64,000 nucleotides of DNA from an uncultured delta proteobacterium (GCA_963834535.1 CAWICC010000006.1:51438-115437); one strand, 5' to 3'. Counted from the stretch's first letter, positions 10,957 to 21,242 are shown. Program-made: numbers and translations. The notes: a model not told the origin generated them from the sequence alone.

Positions 10957-12123
10957 ATGCGCGACGAGCGTTTCATGCGTGAGGCGCTCGAACTGGCGCG
11001 CGCGCAGTTGGGACTCACGACCCCGAACCCGGCGGTCGGGTGCGTGATCGTTCGCGGCCGTCAGATCGTTGGTCGTGGCGCGACTGGAGTCGGCGGCCGG
11101 CCGCATGGCGAGACCGTGGCATTGGCTGCGGCCGGCGTCCGTGCACGCGGCGCGACCGCCTACGTTTCGCTCGAACCATGCGCGCATACAGGCCAGACTC
11201 CGCCATGTGCGAAAGCCTTGGTGGGAGCCGGGATTGTACGCGTGGTAATCGGATGCCGAGATCCATTTCCGCAAGTAAATGGACGAGGTAGCGCAATACT
11301 TCGCGCTGCAGGTATCGAAGTCAGCGAGGGCGTGCTCGAAGATCAATGCCGCCGCCTCAACGAGGGCTTCTTCATGCGCGTTACGCGCGGCCGCCCGTTC
11401 GTCACGCTCAAACTCGCAATATCGCTCGACGGGCGGATTGCGGCGATAGGTGGCGACTCGCGCTGGATCAGTTCACCGGAGTCGCGCGACTTGGTCCATC
11501 GGTGGCGGCGCGAGGCTGACGCCGTGATGGTGGGAGCGGCGACGGTGATTGCGGACAATCCGCGACTCACTTGCCGCACCGAAGGCGGGCGCGATCCGGC
11601 GCGGGTCATTATCGACGGGCGGCTGCGGTCGCCGGCCGATGCGAAAGTGTTTCGTCAGCGCTCTTTGGCGCCGACGATGATCGTCACCACACCGGCAAAT
11701 CGCGAGCGCGCTGAGCGGCTCTATAAAGGCCTGGGGAAGAACGGTACCGCGGTCGAGGTCGTGACGGCTAAATCCGTTGGGAGCAAGATAGATCTGGTCG
11801 AGGTGATGAGGGAATTCGGCCGTCGCGGATGGTCGAAGGTATTGCTCGAAGGCGGCGCTAGCCTGGCGGGCGCCGCGCTGGCCGCCGGCGTGGTCGATCA
11901 TGTGGCATTCTTCGTTGCCCCGCGAATTCTCGGAGGCGGAATGCCCGCGGTCGAAGGACTGATCTTGCGAGACGTGCGCAGTTCAATTCGACTCGATCAG
12001 CTGCGCGTCATGCCCATCGGAGCCGACTTGTTGATTGAGGCCGAGGTCCCCGGACAATTGCGCAAATCATCGCCTGGATCGCCGCGCGAGAGCAACGGGC
12101 GCAGGCGTGGGCGTGGAAAATAA
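10957..12123 (+). CDS. ribD: Bifunctional pyrimidine deaminase/reductase RibD
   Basis: PNPAVG, HGE, LEPCAH..TPPC, KLAISLDG, DNPRLT, LLEGG. Confidence 0.96.
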   Translation: MRDERFMREALELARAQLGLTTPNPAVGCVIVRGRQIVGRGATGVGGRPHGETVALAAAGVRARGATAYVSLEPCAHTGQTPPCAKALVGAGIVRVVIGCRDPFPQVNGRGSAILRAAGIEVSEGVLEDQCRRLNEGFFMRVTRGRPFVTLKLAISLDGRIAAIGGDSRWISSPESRDLVHRWRREADAVMVGAATVIADNPRLTCRTEGGRDPARVIIDGRLRSPADAKVFRQRSLAPTMIVTTPANRERAERLYKGLGKNGTAVEVVTAKSVGSKIDLVEVMREFGRRGWSKVLLEGGASLAGAALAAGVVDHVAFFVAPRILGGGMPAVEGLILRDVRSSIRLDQLRVMPIGADLLIEAEVPGQLRKSSPGSPRESNGRRRGRGK

Positions 12124-12210
12124 GTCGGCGCCCGCGCAGTTCACGGTATGCTTGTGCGTGAATAAGATTTTACGCTTCTCGATAGCGGTGCTAGGATTGG
12201 CATTCGGAGA

Positions 12211-13431
12211 TTGAAACAAGTGATCGCATCTGCTTTGGAAGACGCCTTCAGCCAAATTCGCGCTGGCCGCATGGCGGTGCTGATATCCCACGACGGTGAG
12301 GACGCCGAGGGCGACCTCGTGATGGCGGCGGAGAAGGTTACTCCGCAACACGTCAACTTTATGGTGATTCAGGGGCGTGGCGTGGTCTCGGTCGCGTTGC
12401 CCGAAAAGCGCTTGCGCGAACTTGGAATTCCGCTCGTTCCGTCAAGCCTGGGCGGCGATTTGGTCGAGCAGGCGGGTGCGCTGGTCGAGGCGCGCGAGGG
12501 CGTCACCACCGGCATCTCGGCCGGCGACCGATCGGTGACCATAGGCGTCCTGGCATCGGACAAGTCCGGGCCGGAAAACCTCGTGATGCCAGGCCACATT
12601 CTACCGCTGATGGCGCTGAGCGGCGGCGTGATGATGCGCATGGGCCGTGCCGAGGGGGCAGTTGACCTCGTGCGCAGCGCCGGGATGCGTCCGGCCGCGG
12701 CGTTGTGCGCTATCCTGCGCGAAGACGGAGAATCCGCGCACCTGGCTGAATTGCAGGAGTTTGCGAAAGCGCACGAACTGCCGGTGGTCTTCGTCAGCGA
12801 TCTGGTCTCCTATCGGTTGACGAACGAGATCCTGGTGCAGCGGGTCGGGGAGAGCCGCTTCACGGTGCCCGAGGGCGAGCTGCAGGCGATTGTCTTTCGC
12901 AACATCGTTGACGGCCGCGAGCATCTGGCGCTGGTCAAGGGCACGGTCGGGAGCGGTCGTCCCGCGCTGGTACGCCTCCATTCGGAATGTCTCACCGGCG
13001 ACGTTTTCAGTTCCAATCGCTGCGATTGCGGCGAGCAGTTGGCGGTTTCGATCAGGCAAATAATGGCGGCGGAAGCCGGCGTGATCATCTACCTCCATCA
13101 GGAGGGGCGTGGGATCGGACTCGGCAACAAGATCAAGGCTTATGCGCTACAGGATCAGGGCCTTGATACGGTTGAAGCGAACCTCGAACTGGGCTTCAAA
13201 GACGACTTGCGCGACTATGGTATCGGCGCGCAGATCTTGCGTGATTTCGGAATTGGCGAAGTGCGCCTGCTGACCAACAATCCGCACAAGATCGAGAGTC
13301 TGGAGCGCTACGGCGTGACGGTTACGAGAGTACCGCTGGAAGTGGCTCCCCACATCGGCAATATCGATTATCTGCGGACCAAGAAGGAAAAACTCGGGCA
13401 TCTGTTCACGCAACTCAAGGTCGTTACCTGA
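12211..13431 (+). CDS. ribBA: RibBA fusion: intact GTP cyclohydrolase II with degenerate DHBP-synthase domain
   Basis: [32 protein letters not shown] intact; N-domain keeps EGDL, TGISA.DR and PGH but with catalytic substitutions. Confidence 0.93.
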   Translation: MKQVIASALEDAFSQIRAGRMAVLISHDGEDAEGDLVMAAEKVTPQHVNFMVIQGRGVVSVALPEKRLRELGIPLVPSSLGGDLVEQAGALVEAREGVTTGISAGDRSVTIGVLASDKSGPENLVMPGHILPLMALSGGVMMRMGRAEGAVDLVRSAGMRPAAALCAILREDGESAHLAELQEFAKAHELPVVFVSDLVSYRLTNEILVQRVGESRFTVPEGELQAIVFRNIVDGREHLALVKGTVGSGRPALVRLHSECLTGDVFSSNRCDCGEQLAVSIRQIMAAEAGVIIYLHQEGRGIGLGNKIKAYALQDQGLDTVEANLELGFKDDLRDYGIGAQILRDFGIGEVRLLTNNPHKIESLERYGVTVTRVPLEVAPHIGNIDYLRTKKEKLGHLFTQLKVVT

Positions 13432-13500
13432 CGATCGTGAGCATACGAGCGATGCCGTAGCTGACACGGCCGCCCGTGCTTCTGACGACGTATCCAAACC

Positions 13501-13953
13501 ATGGGAACCAGGCATATTGGCCGCGAGCTGGCCCTCAAAGCCCTCTATCAAATCGATCTTCGCGGCGGAGCCACCGCCGAGGATCTCGCGCTCTTCTTCG
13601 ACGCGTTTCCTGCCGAGGACGTCGCGCGCAAATTCGCAGTGAATCTGGTTGCGGGAGTGCGTGCCGAGCAAGTCGCTCTCGATCGGCATATCGCGGATGT
13701 GCTGGAGCATTGGTCAATTGGCCGGCTCTCACGCGTGGATCACAATATATTGCGTCTGGCAATTTTCGAACTGATGCGGTTGGAAGACATCCCGGCGCGC
13801 GTCACGATCGACGAAGCAATCGAATTGGCCAAGGCCTATGGCGATCAGGAATCGGGGCGTTTCGTTAATGGCGTGCTCGACCAGGTCGCTACGCGGCTCA
13901 AATTGAAGGACAAAGGTGAGGAAAGCAATCCGGCCAAGCCCCATCAGTCGTGA
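13501..13953 (+). CDS. nusB: Transcription antitermination factor NusB
   Basis: RELALKALYQ, DHNILRLA, IDEAIELAKAYG, FVNGVLD. Confidence 0.97.
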   Translation: MGTRHIGRELALKALYQIDLRGGATAEDLALFFDAFPAEDVARKFAVNLVAGVRAEQVALDRHIADVLEHWSIGRLSRVDHNILRLAIFELMRLEDIPARVTIDEAIELAKAYGDQESGRFVNGVLDQVATRLKLKDKGEESNPAKPHQS

Positions 13954-13990
13954 TCGAATCCGCGTAATGTTCAGCATGCGCGGGCAGCTC

Positions 13991-14599
13991 ATGCATCGTT
14001 CACGTCGACCGCTTACTCTTTTGCGCATCATCGTCGCCGCGATTGCGGTCTTGGCTTCGGGCTGCGGTTATCACTTCGCCGCCGAAGGCAGTGGACTGCC
14101 ACCCCAGGCGAAAACGATCTATGTCGAGAAATTCGGCAACCGTACGCGCCAGACTGGCATCAACGACGAGTTCATGCGCTACGTGGAAGACGAGATTGCG
14201 GATCGCAAACGGCTCCAGTTGGTGGATAGTCCAACCGACGCCGACCTCGTGCTTAGCGGCGATATTGTTTATTCCGATACCATCCCGATCGCGTTCAACT
14301 CGGCGGCGGAGCCTACCATCTATACGCAGACTATCAACGCCGACGCGGTCCTCACCGACGCGCATGACCATAAGGTTATCTGGGCCTCGCGCGGCCTCAG
14401 CAGCGCTCAGCAGTCGCCGGTCGTGGGGCAGGCGGTCGTCACCACTTCGCCGTACTTCCTCCAGCAGAACCTGCGCTCGCGCGATATCTCCAGCATGCAG
14501 GACCTTCAGGTTGCAGAGACCCAATCGGCTTCCTCAAAGGATGAGGCAATGCAGACCTTGGCAAAGAATCTGTACTCCTCCATGAGCGAAGGGTTTTAG
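13991..14599 (+). CDS. lptE: LPS assembly lipoprotein LptE family
   Basis: Lipobox LASGC-GYHF; position upstream of holA; start uncertain. Confidence 0.8.
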   Translation: MHRSRRPLTLLRIIVAAIAVLASGCGYHFAAEGSGLPPQAKTIYVEKFGNRTRQTGINDEFMRYVEDEIADRKRLQLVDSPTDADLVLSGDIVYSDTIPIAFNSAAEPTIYTQTINADAVLTDAHDHKVIWASRGLSSAQQSPVVGQAVVTTSPYFLQQNLRSRDISSMQDLQVAETQSASSKDEAMQTLAKNLYSSMSEGF

Positions 14600-14649
14600 C
14601 CGTCGCCGTTCCTTGCGCACTTGAGTTGTGACTGGCATGGGAGCGTGCG

Positions 14650-15762
14650 ATGGCGGCTGACAACGCGCTCAACTTCCTGCGCGACGGCGCGCGAACTCTG
14701 TCCCCAGCCTATCTGATCGCGGGACCGCAACCATTTTTGCGCGAATACACGCTCGAAGCTCTCCGCCTTCGGTTCGCCGCCGATGGCTTCCAGTACCGGT
14801 CGTTCCAGGTCGGCGGCGCGGATGGCTACGGCGCAACTATCGCCGAGATCGAGGGGGCGGATCTCTTCGCACCAAAGCGGCTGGTCGTTTGCCGTGTACT
14901 GAAAACCCATCGCCAGAGTGCGTCCGCTGACGACAACGATAACGGCGACGGCCTCGAAAGCCGCAGCGGTGGCGGCGCCGAGGAGTCGGCCCTTGGCGCC
15001 GCGCTCGAACGATTGCCGGTGCCGGTGCGGGTCGTGATGGTTTACGAGCGCGACAACGCGCCAATTAAGTTCCGCCGCATCGTCGAAAAGATCGGCACAG
15101 TGATTAATTGTATGAGGCCGTTCGACAATCAACTGGGACAGTACGCCGAGCTCTTCGCCCGGAACCTTGGGCTAACGCTTTCTCTCGAGGCGATCGATCT
15201 TCTGGTCGGTCGGCATGGCAGCGACCTCGCCGCCATCTCCAACGCGATCGCCAAGGCCGCTCTCACGCTCACGGGAGGCGTTAAGGTGGAAAGGGCGGAC
15301 TTCGGCGCGGGCGGCGCACGTACCCGCATTCCAGACCTGTTTGAGTTGGCGGAAAGCGTCGCGCGCGGCCGTCCGGGAGAGGCGTTGGCGTTGTTCGATC
15401 GTGCGATCGAGACCGGTCGCGATCCGATCGAACTGCTGGCTGTGGAAATTATACCGCTTTTGCGCCGGATGCTGGTGGCGGCGTCGCTATTGGAAAAGCG
15501 CAAGAGTCCGACGGACGTTGCAAGGGCGCTCGGGATGCCGCCGACGAGTCAGTTGATCGTTCGTGCGATCGACGGCGGCAAGCGATTCGGGGCGCAACGC
15601 CTGATGCGGGCGCATCGGCGCGCTTGCGAACTCGACGCGAAATTCAAAAACGGGATGATTCGCGAGCGCGAGCAGGCGATCTCGGGCCTACTGCTTGATC
15701 TGATGGCGCCGCCGGAATCTGCGCGTGTGACCGGTGTGGTTCGAGCAGGTGATCCCCGCTGA
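14650..15762 (+). CDS. holA: DNA polymerase III delta subunit
   Basis: PAYLIAG, LFAPKRLV, lptE-holA-rpsT synteny. Confidence 0.85.
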   Translation: MAADNALNFLRDGARTLSPAYLIAGPQPFLREYTLEALRLRFAADGFQYRSFQVGGADGYGATIAEIEGADLFAPKRLVVCRVLKTHRQSASADDNDNGDGLESRSGGGAEESALGAALERLPVPVRVVMVYERDNAPIKFRRIVEKIGTVINCMRPFDNQLGQYAELFARNLGLTLSLEAIDLLVGRHGSDLAAISNAIAKAALTLTGGVKVERADFGAGGARTRIPDLFELAESVARGRPGEALALFDRAIETGRDPIELLAVEIIPLLRRMLVAASLLEKRKSPTDVARALGMPPTSQLIVRAIDGGKRFGAQRLMRAHRRACELDAKFKNGMIREREQAISGLLLDLMAPPESARVTGVVRAGDPR

Positions 15763-15818
15763 GCCGACCCGCCGCCTGAGCGCGAGCCGGACGTCCACCG
15801 AAAACATTTCGAGGGCGG

Positions 15819-16127
15819 CTAGCTCTGCGATGCGGCGGGCGCTGATGTGGCCGCTTCGTGCGCGCGATGATATCGGCGCGAGAGCCGCGCGACTTTGCGC
15901 GCGACGGTGTTTTTGCGCAACGTGCCTTTGCTGGCGGCCTTGTAGAAGACCTTCATAGCCTTTTGCAGGGCGGTGGCTGCCGCTTCCTTGTCGCTGCCTT
16001 CGATCGCTTCAAGCGCGCTCTTGGCTGCTGTGCGGACACGGGTCTTGATAGCCTTGTTGCGCTGTTGGCGCTTCAGGCTTTGACGATGGCGCTTCTCGGC
16101 CGACGGATGAACTGGAATATGCGGCAT
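15819..16127 (-). CDS. rpsT: 30S ribosomal protein S20
   Basis: SAEKRHRQS..RNKAIKTRVRT, KAASKG..KNTVARKVARL. Confidence 0.96.
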   Translation of the reverse strand: MPHIPVHPSAEKRHRQSLKRQQRNKAIKTRVRTAAKSALEAIEGSDKEAAATALQKAMKVFYKAASKGTLRKNTVARKVARLSRRYHRAHEAATSAPAASQS

Positions 16128-16229
16128 AACCAGTCATAGATAACAGTCGGAGCGCTTACGATCAATATCTAACCTTTGCTCGGTGCTGACTTAATTTCCT
16201 TAGTGTCTTAGTTTGAAATGTCGAGTGGC

Positions 16230-16535
16230 TTATTTTGCCAAGCGCGGATCGTCGCTGGCTATACAAGCGGAATTGACATAACGCGGATAGTCCGACGAAT
16301 CTGGAAGCGCGAGTAACTGCGCTTGCACTGCTTGGCATTTAGCAGCGGTATCGAAAGACCCAAAGAGATTCCATCGCGCTAATGGCACGGACTCATCGAC
16401 AACTACCGTCCACCGTTTCAGCCCAACCGTCGCTTTGTCTTTGGTCTCTTGCAGCTTCATTTGAGGGAACATCAGGTACCAGCCCACGAGAGCGAGCGCA
16501 GCGGCGTGGCGCAGAGCGATTGATCTAGCGTTCAT
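16230..16535 (-). CDS. Small putatively secreted hypothetical protein with two cysteines
   Basis: MNARSIALRHAAALALVGWYLM...GSFDTAAKC...ACIASDDPRLAK; hydrophobic N-terminus; start overlaps the mazG 3' end. Confidence 0.7.
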   Translation of the reverse strand: MNARSIALRHAAALALVGWYLMFPQMKLQETKDKATVGLKRWTVVVDESVPLARWNLFGSFDTAAKCQAVQAQLLALPDSSDYPRYVNSACIASDDPRLAK

Positions 16536-17328
16536 TCGTAGTGCGTTTGGCTTCGTTCCAGAGCGCGTCGATTTCATCCGGACGAAGTTGCTTCAAATCG
16601 AGGCCGCGAGTCTCGGCGATACGTTCGACGGCAATGAATCGGCCAGTGAACTTGTCGCAGGCCCGGCGCAGAGTCTCCTCCGCATTGTGATCGATGAAGC
16701 GGGGTGCATTCGCGAGCGAGAGCAGCATGTCGCCGAGTTCGCCCGCAGCCGCATCGGTATCGTTCTCCGCGAGCGCGCCTTCAACCTCGTCCATCTCCTC
16801 GCGCACCTTGGCGAGCACGTCGTGAATATCGTGCCAGTCCATCCCGGCCTGACGCGCGCGTGAACCGAGCTTTTCGGCGCGGGCGAGCGCCGGCATCGAC
16901 CTCGCGATACCGTCGAGGGCCGAGGTCGCTCCCGCGTTTTTACGCTCTTCCTGCTTGATGCGATTCCAGTTGTCGAGGACCTCGGCGGAAGTCGTGGCAG
17001 CCGTATCGCCGTAAACGTGCGGATGGCGTCGCACGAGCTTGTCTGCGGCCCATTGGAAAATCTCCGCGATGCGAAAGCGCTGCGTCTCCTCGCCAATCAC
17101 GGCAATCGCCAGTATCTGTGCTAGGAGGTCGCCAAGCTCATCAACGATTGCGCTCCTATCGTCGCGCTCGATCGCGTCGAGCGTTTCGTACGCCTCTTCG
17201 ACCAGATGCTTGCCGAGGGTCGCGACGGTCTGCTCGCGATCCCATGGGCATCGATCGCGCAATTCGCGCAAGACGGTCAGCAGCCGGGCGAATTCCCGCC
17301 CGCCACCGCGTTCGGCGTCATCGCTCAT
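16525..17328 (-). CDS. mazG: Nucleoside triphosphate pyrophosphohydrolase MazG
   Basis: CPWDREQT, EEAYE, ELGDLL, KLVRRHPHV, second EE..E/ELGD repeat. Confidence 0.96.
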   Translation of the reverse strand: MSDDAERGGGREFARLLTVLRELRDRCPWDREQTVATLGKHLVEEAYETLDAIERDDRSAIVDELGDLLAQILAIAVIGEETQRFRIAEIFQWAADKLVRRHPHVYGDTAATTSAEVLDNWNRIKQEERKNAGATSALDGIARSMPALARAEKLGSRARQAGMDWHDIHDVLAKVREEMDEVEGALAENDTDAAAGELGDMLLSLANAPRFIDHNAEETLRRACDKFTGRFIAVERIAETRGLDLKQLRPDEIDALWNEAKRTTNER

Positions 17329-17971
17329 CGAGAACTTTTTCGATCAGAAAGGCAGATAGATCGCGGATGCCGTCGGCCGCCACCTCATGCCCGCAGTCGT
17401 ACTCCTTGAATATAACCGGCACCTTCAACTCGCGCAGCGACTCGACCGATTTGCGCGCACGCGTCATGTCGATCGCCTGGTCGGCGCGTCCATGCTGTAC
17501 CATCGTTGCCAGCCGCTGCACCGCTGCGTGATTCGTCACCTGGCTCGCCAGCCGCTCGGGGAACGCAGTCGCGATTCCCACCAGCGCCGCGAAACGCTCC
17601 GGCCATCGCAGCGCGAGGTTGTACGCCATCATCCCGCCCTGGCTGAATCCGGCCACGACGATCTTTTTCGGGTCAACCGGATACCGCGCACACGCCTCAT
17701 CGAGAAACTCCCGCAAGCCGTCAACCGCGGCATCCACCTTCTCCGGGTCGGGCTGCGATCCCATGCGCATCTGGTACCACCCGTAACCGTTGATCGCACC
17801 GATCTCGACCTCGAACGAACCCTGCGGGCAAATCACCAGGAAGCGTCCGTCAGCGACGTACGGCGCGAGTCCTTGCAGGTCCATCGCGTTCGAACCCCAG
17901 CCGTGCATTGCGAAGATTGTCGGGAACGGACCACTGCCCGACGGTTCCCAGGTGGCGTGAACCAGTTTCAT
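17318..17971 (-). CDS. Phospholipase/carboxylesterase (alpha/beta hydrolase)
   Basis: HGWGSN, GFSQGG, HG..D, GH catalytic motifs. Confidence 0.9.
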   Translation of the reverse strand: MKLVHATWEPSGSGPFPTIFAMHGWGSNAMDLQGLAPYVADGRFLVICPQGSFEVEIGAINGYGWYQMRMGSQPDPEKVDAAVDGLREFLDEACARYPVDPKKIVVAGFSQGGMMAYNLALRWPERFAALVGIATAFPERLASQVTNHAAVQRLATMVQHGRADQAIDMTRARKSVESLRELKVPVIFKEYDCGHEVAADGIRDLSAFLIEKVLDER

Positions 17972-18182
17972 GCGATGAGCCTCCTACCTTTGCGCGCACC
18001 TTCCGCGACGCAAGCATTACGCCGGCGATGCGCATTCGTTGCTGCCCGATAATAGACCGCCCGTCGCGCCAGCCGCCAGTTGCGCGATCGCTTTTAGAGC
18101 CGAGGCCGTTCATCTCTATTCGCCGGTGCGATATGTTACCTGCGCGTGCGATTGCCGCGTCAGATTATGTATTCGCAAAGAC

Positions 18183-21100
18183 ATGCGTTCCAATGACTGG
18201 GCGCCGCTGACCGCGGCTGGCTTGACGATCGCGCTCGTGGCCGCCACGCCTCGAGTCGCCCTGTGCGCTGAGTTCGAATCCGCCTCGGTTGCGAGTGGCA
18301 AGCTGCCCGGTATTTTCGCCGGGGCGATGCTCGCCGGGACCCTCGTCTACGCGCTATGGCTCCTTGCCCGCCCGCTCCTCCGCGAGGGTGCCGATCTCAA
18401 GCGCGTCCTCCTGCTGCTCACCGGCCTATTGATCATTAAGGCCTTCCTGTTGAAGTATTTCTCCGGCTTCAGCGTCGATCTCGGGACCTACGAGGCGTGG
18501 GCGCTCAAGATCGCCGCTCAGGGTCCCGCGCGCACCTACCAGGAAGGCTACTTCCTCGATTATCCACCCGGCTATCTCTACGCCCTCTGGGCCGCGGGCG
18601 CCTTCGTCGATGCGATCAACGCCGGCTTCGGCGTTGCTCTGAAGGTCATCATCGAGATGCCCCCGCTGATCGCTGATTTCGCCCTCTCGCTCGCCCTCTA
18701 TCTTTTCGTGCGGCGCATCAACGGTCCGCGCTCGGCCTGGATCGCCCTGGCGCTGGTCGCGCTTAATCCGGCGTTTCTCTTCGATTCCGTCGTCTGGGGA
18801 CAAACCGATTCGCCTCTCGCGCTCGCGCTCTTCCTCAGCGTCGCGATGATTCTCGACGGCGAGTACGAAGTGGCTTGGGCGCTCGCCGGACTCGCCATCC
18901 TGATCAAGCCGCAGGCCTTCTCGTTGATTCCGGTAATCGCCGTCTGGACGCTGTTGCGGCTCGATCCCCGAAATTGGTGGCGCGCCGTAATGGCCTTCGT
19001 CGCGATTATCGTGATCGGTGCCGCACCATTCCAAATCGGCCATCCCTGGGATTGGCTCCCCAATCTCTATTTCAGTGGCGCCGCCTACTACGACGAAACC
19101 TCCGTCAACGCCTTCAACCTGATGGCCCTCATCGGCGGCCTCCGCGTCCGCGATTCAGCAACGATCTTCGGCGTGTCGTATTTCGCCATCGGGATGTCCA
19201 TGCTCGCGCCGCTCTACGCCTTTGTCGCTTGGATCCTTTGGCGGCGCCCCGATCGCCGCAACCTTCTCTTTGCTGCCTTCCTCGGGATTTTCGGATTCTT
19301 CATGCTCGCTCCGCGCATGCACGAGCGCTATTTCTATGCGGCGGTCGTCTTCGCGCTGCCGCTCGTTCTCGATGATACGGTGATGCTCGCGGTCTTCGCG
19401 ATCCTCACGGCGACCTGCTTTTTCAATCTCGCTTACGTCCTGCGCACTTTGCAGACGACGGTCTTTCTCGATTCGCGCGATACCATCGCAATGGCCGTAT
19501 CGCTCCTGAATCTGCTGGTGTTCGCCGGCGTAGTCGCCTACGGCTGGGCGACCGCGGGCGTAGCGTCGAAGGAGACGGCCGAAGTGGAACAAGCCGCTAC
19601 GAAGTTGCGCGATGCGGCATCGCCTGTGGCAACGCCGAGCACGCCGCTGCAAGACGCGATCGGCGCCGCCGACGCGCGCAAGGCCCGCGCCAGGGATCTC
19701 GCCGCGAGTCGCAGGCCGGGCGCTGCTCTATCCCGATGGTTCCAGCTCCGGCCGCCACCGCCGGACACCTTCGTCCGCTTTCCCTGGCTCGGCCTTGACA
19801 CCCTCCTGCTCATCCTCCTGATGGCGACTGCGGCGCTCCTTCGCTTCTGGAATCTCAATCATCCCGCGGAACTGGTCTTCGACGAAGTGCATTTCGTCGG
19901 CCAGGCGCGCCACTACCTCCACGGCGAGACCTTCCTCGATCCCCATCCGCCCCTGGCCAAGCTCATCATCGCCCTCGGCATCAAGCTCTTCGGCGATGTA
20001 CCCTGGGCCTGGCGCGTCGGCGTCGCGATCATGGGTACGATTCTCTCAGGCGTCAGCTATCTGCTCGGGCGTCGTATGTTCCGCTCGCGCCTCGCCGCCG
20101 CCTTCGCCGCGATCTTCGTACTCTCGGACGGGTTCTTCCTCGTCGATTCGCGGATCGCCGTCATCGATATCGTGTACCTGACCTTCGCCGCTATCTCCTA
20201 CCTCCTGATGTTTCGCTTCATCCAGACGCCTGACTGGCGCGCCCGCCGTGGTATCTTGCTCTTCCTCGGCCTCTCGCTCGGACTTTGCCTCGGCTCGAAA
20301 CTATACGTCCCCGGCATCACGTTTCTGCTGGCGACCGGATTCGTCGCCTTCACGCTCGCACGTCCCGCGGCCGCAGGCGTCGATGCGACTACGGCAGGTG
20401 AACGCGGCCAGCGTGTGGCCGGCGCCGTTCTGATGATCGGGGGGATCTCCGCAGTCTTTTACCTCGCGTGCTTTCTGCCCCACTACTATCTGGGCTGGTG
20501 GGGCGGCATTGCGGACCTCTTCCACTACTACAAAGACGTTATGTGGTACGAAAAAAGCGTCTCTACCGCGACTCATCCTTACGCTTCGCCATGGTGGAGT
20601 TGGCCCCTGATGTTGCGGCCGGTTGCCTACTGGCAGGATTTCAAGGATCTCGGCCCCGTCGCCACAATATGGGGCGCCGGCAATCCGATCCTCTGGTGGG
20701 GCGTTATTCCCGCGATGTCCATCACCGCCGTGCGTGCGATCGAACGTCCCGGCCTGACCCGCACTTTTCTCGTGATTGCCTACCTCGCCAATTACGTAAT
20801 CTGGATTCCGATCGGCCGCATCCTGTTTCTCTACCACTACATGCCCTCGGTCTTCATTGGTTACCTGGCGCTCGCCGGGATCTTGGATGATTTCTGGCAA
20901 GGCGACTGCGAAATCTGGGAAACGATCGCGATGCTGTTCGTACTGCTCCCCGCGTTTGTGCTCGGCCTCGGCCATATCGCGGTCGCACTCAAACCCGGCT
21001 TCATCTCGGAAAACCATCGGCCGCTTGCCGGCTTGCCATTTCTTCTGCTGCTGACCCTCGGGTGGATTCCGCTGCGCCGCAATCCGAGGCTGAGCGGCCG

Positions 21101-21242
21101 GTACGTCTGTGTCGCCTTTCTCGCCTGCGCGCTGGCCGTTTTCATCTACTACCTGCCGATCTGGATTGGACTGCCGATCGCACGCGAAGGCTACTACGCC
21201 CGCATGTGGTTCGAAGGGCCCGGGTTGCGGAATTGGATTTGA
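18183..21242 (+). CDS. Polytopic glycosyltransferase with two GT-C modules (GT87/Gpi18-like plus PMT/GT39-like)
   Basis: N-module DYPPGYLY, WGQTDS, KPQ, MHERY; C-module VFDEVHF, HPPLAK, HPYASPWWSWP, GNPILWW, FLYHY. Confidence 0.85.
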   Translation: MRSNDWAPLTAAGLTIALVAATPRVALCAEFESASVASGKLPGIFAGAMLAGTLVYALWLLARPLLREGADLKRVLLLLTGLLIIKAFLLKYFSGFSVDLGTYEAWALKIAAQGPARTYQEGYFLDYPPGYLYALWAAGAFVDAINAGFGVALKVIIEMPPLIADFALSLALYLFVRRINGPRSAWIALALVALNPAFLFDSVVWGQTDSPLALALFLSVAMILDGEYEVAWALAGLAILIKPQAFSLIPVIAVWTLLRLDPRNWWRAVMAFVAIIVIGAAPFQIGHPWDWLPNLYFSGAAYYDETSVNAFNLMALIGGLRVRDSATIFGVSYFAIGMSMLAPLYAFVAWILWRRPDRRNLLFAAFLGIFGFFMLAPRMHERYFYAAVVFALPLVLDDTVMLAVFAILTATCFFNLAYVLRTLQTTVFLDSRDTIAMAVSLLNLLVFAGVVAYGWATAGVASKETAEVEQAATKLRDAASPVATPSTPLQDAIGAADARKARARDLAASRRPGAALSRWFQLRPPPPDTFVRFPWLGLDTLLLILLMATAALLRFWNLNHPAELVFDEVHFVGQARHYLHGETFLDPHPPLAKLIIALGIKLFGDVPWAWRVGVAIMGTILSGVSYLLGRRMFRSRLAAAFAAIFVLSDGFFLVDSRIAVIDIVYLTFAAISYLLMFRFIQTPDWRARRGILLFLGLSLGLCLGSKLYVPGITFLLATGFVAFTLARPAAAGVDATTAGERGQRVAGAVLMIGGISAVFYLACFLPHYYLGWWGGIADLFHYYKDVMWYEKSVSTATHPYASPWWSWPLMLRPVAYWQDFKDLGPVATIWGAGNPILWWGVIPAMSITAVRAIERPGLTRTFLVIAYLANYVIWIPIGRILFLYHYMPSVFIGYLALAGILDDFWQGDCEIWETIAMLFVLLPAFVLGLGHIAVALKPGFISENHRPLAGLPFLLLLTLGWIPLRRNPRLSGRYVCVAFLACALAVFIYYLPIWIGLPIAREGYYARMWFEGPGLRNWI

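Noticed and set aside
11100-11112. RibD deaminase HGE instead of HAE as a sign of inactivation
   Set aside because: Catalytic His/Glu and the PC..C zinc ligands are retained; the change is conservative.
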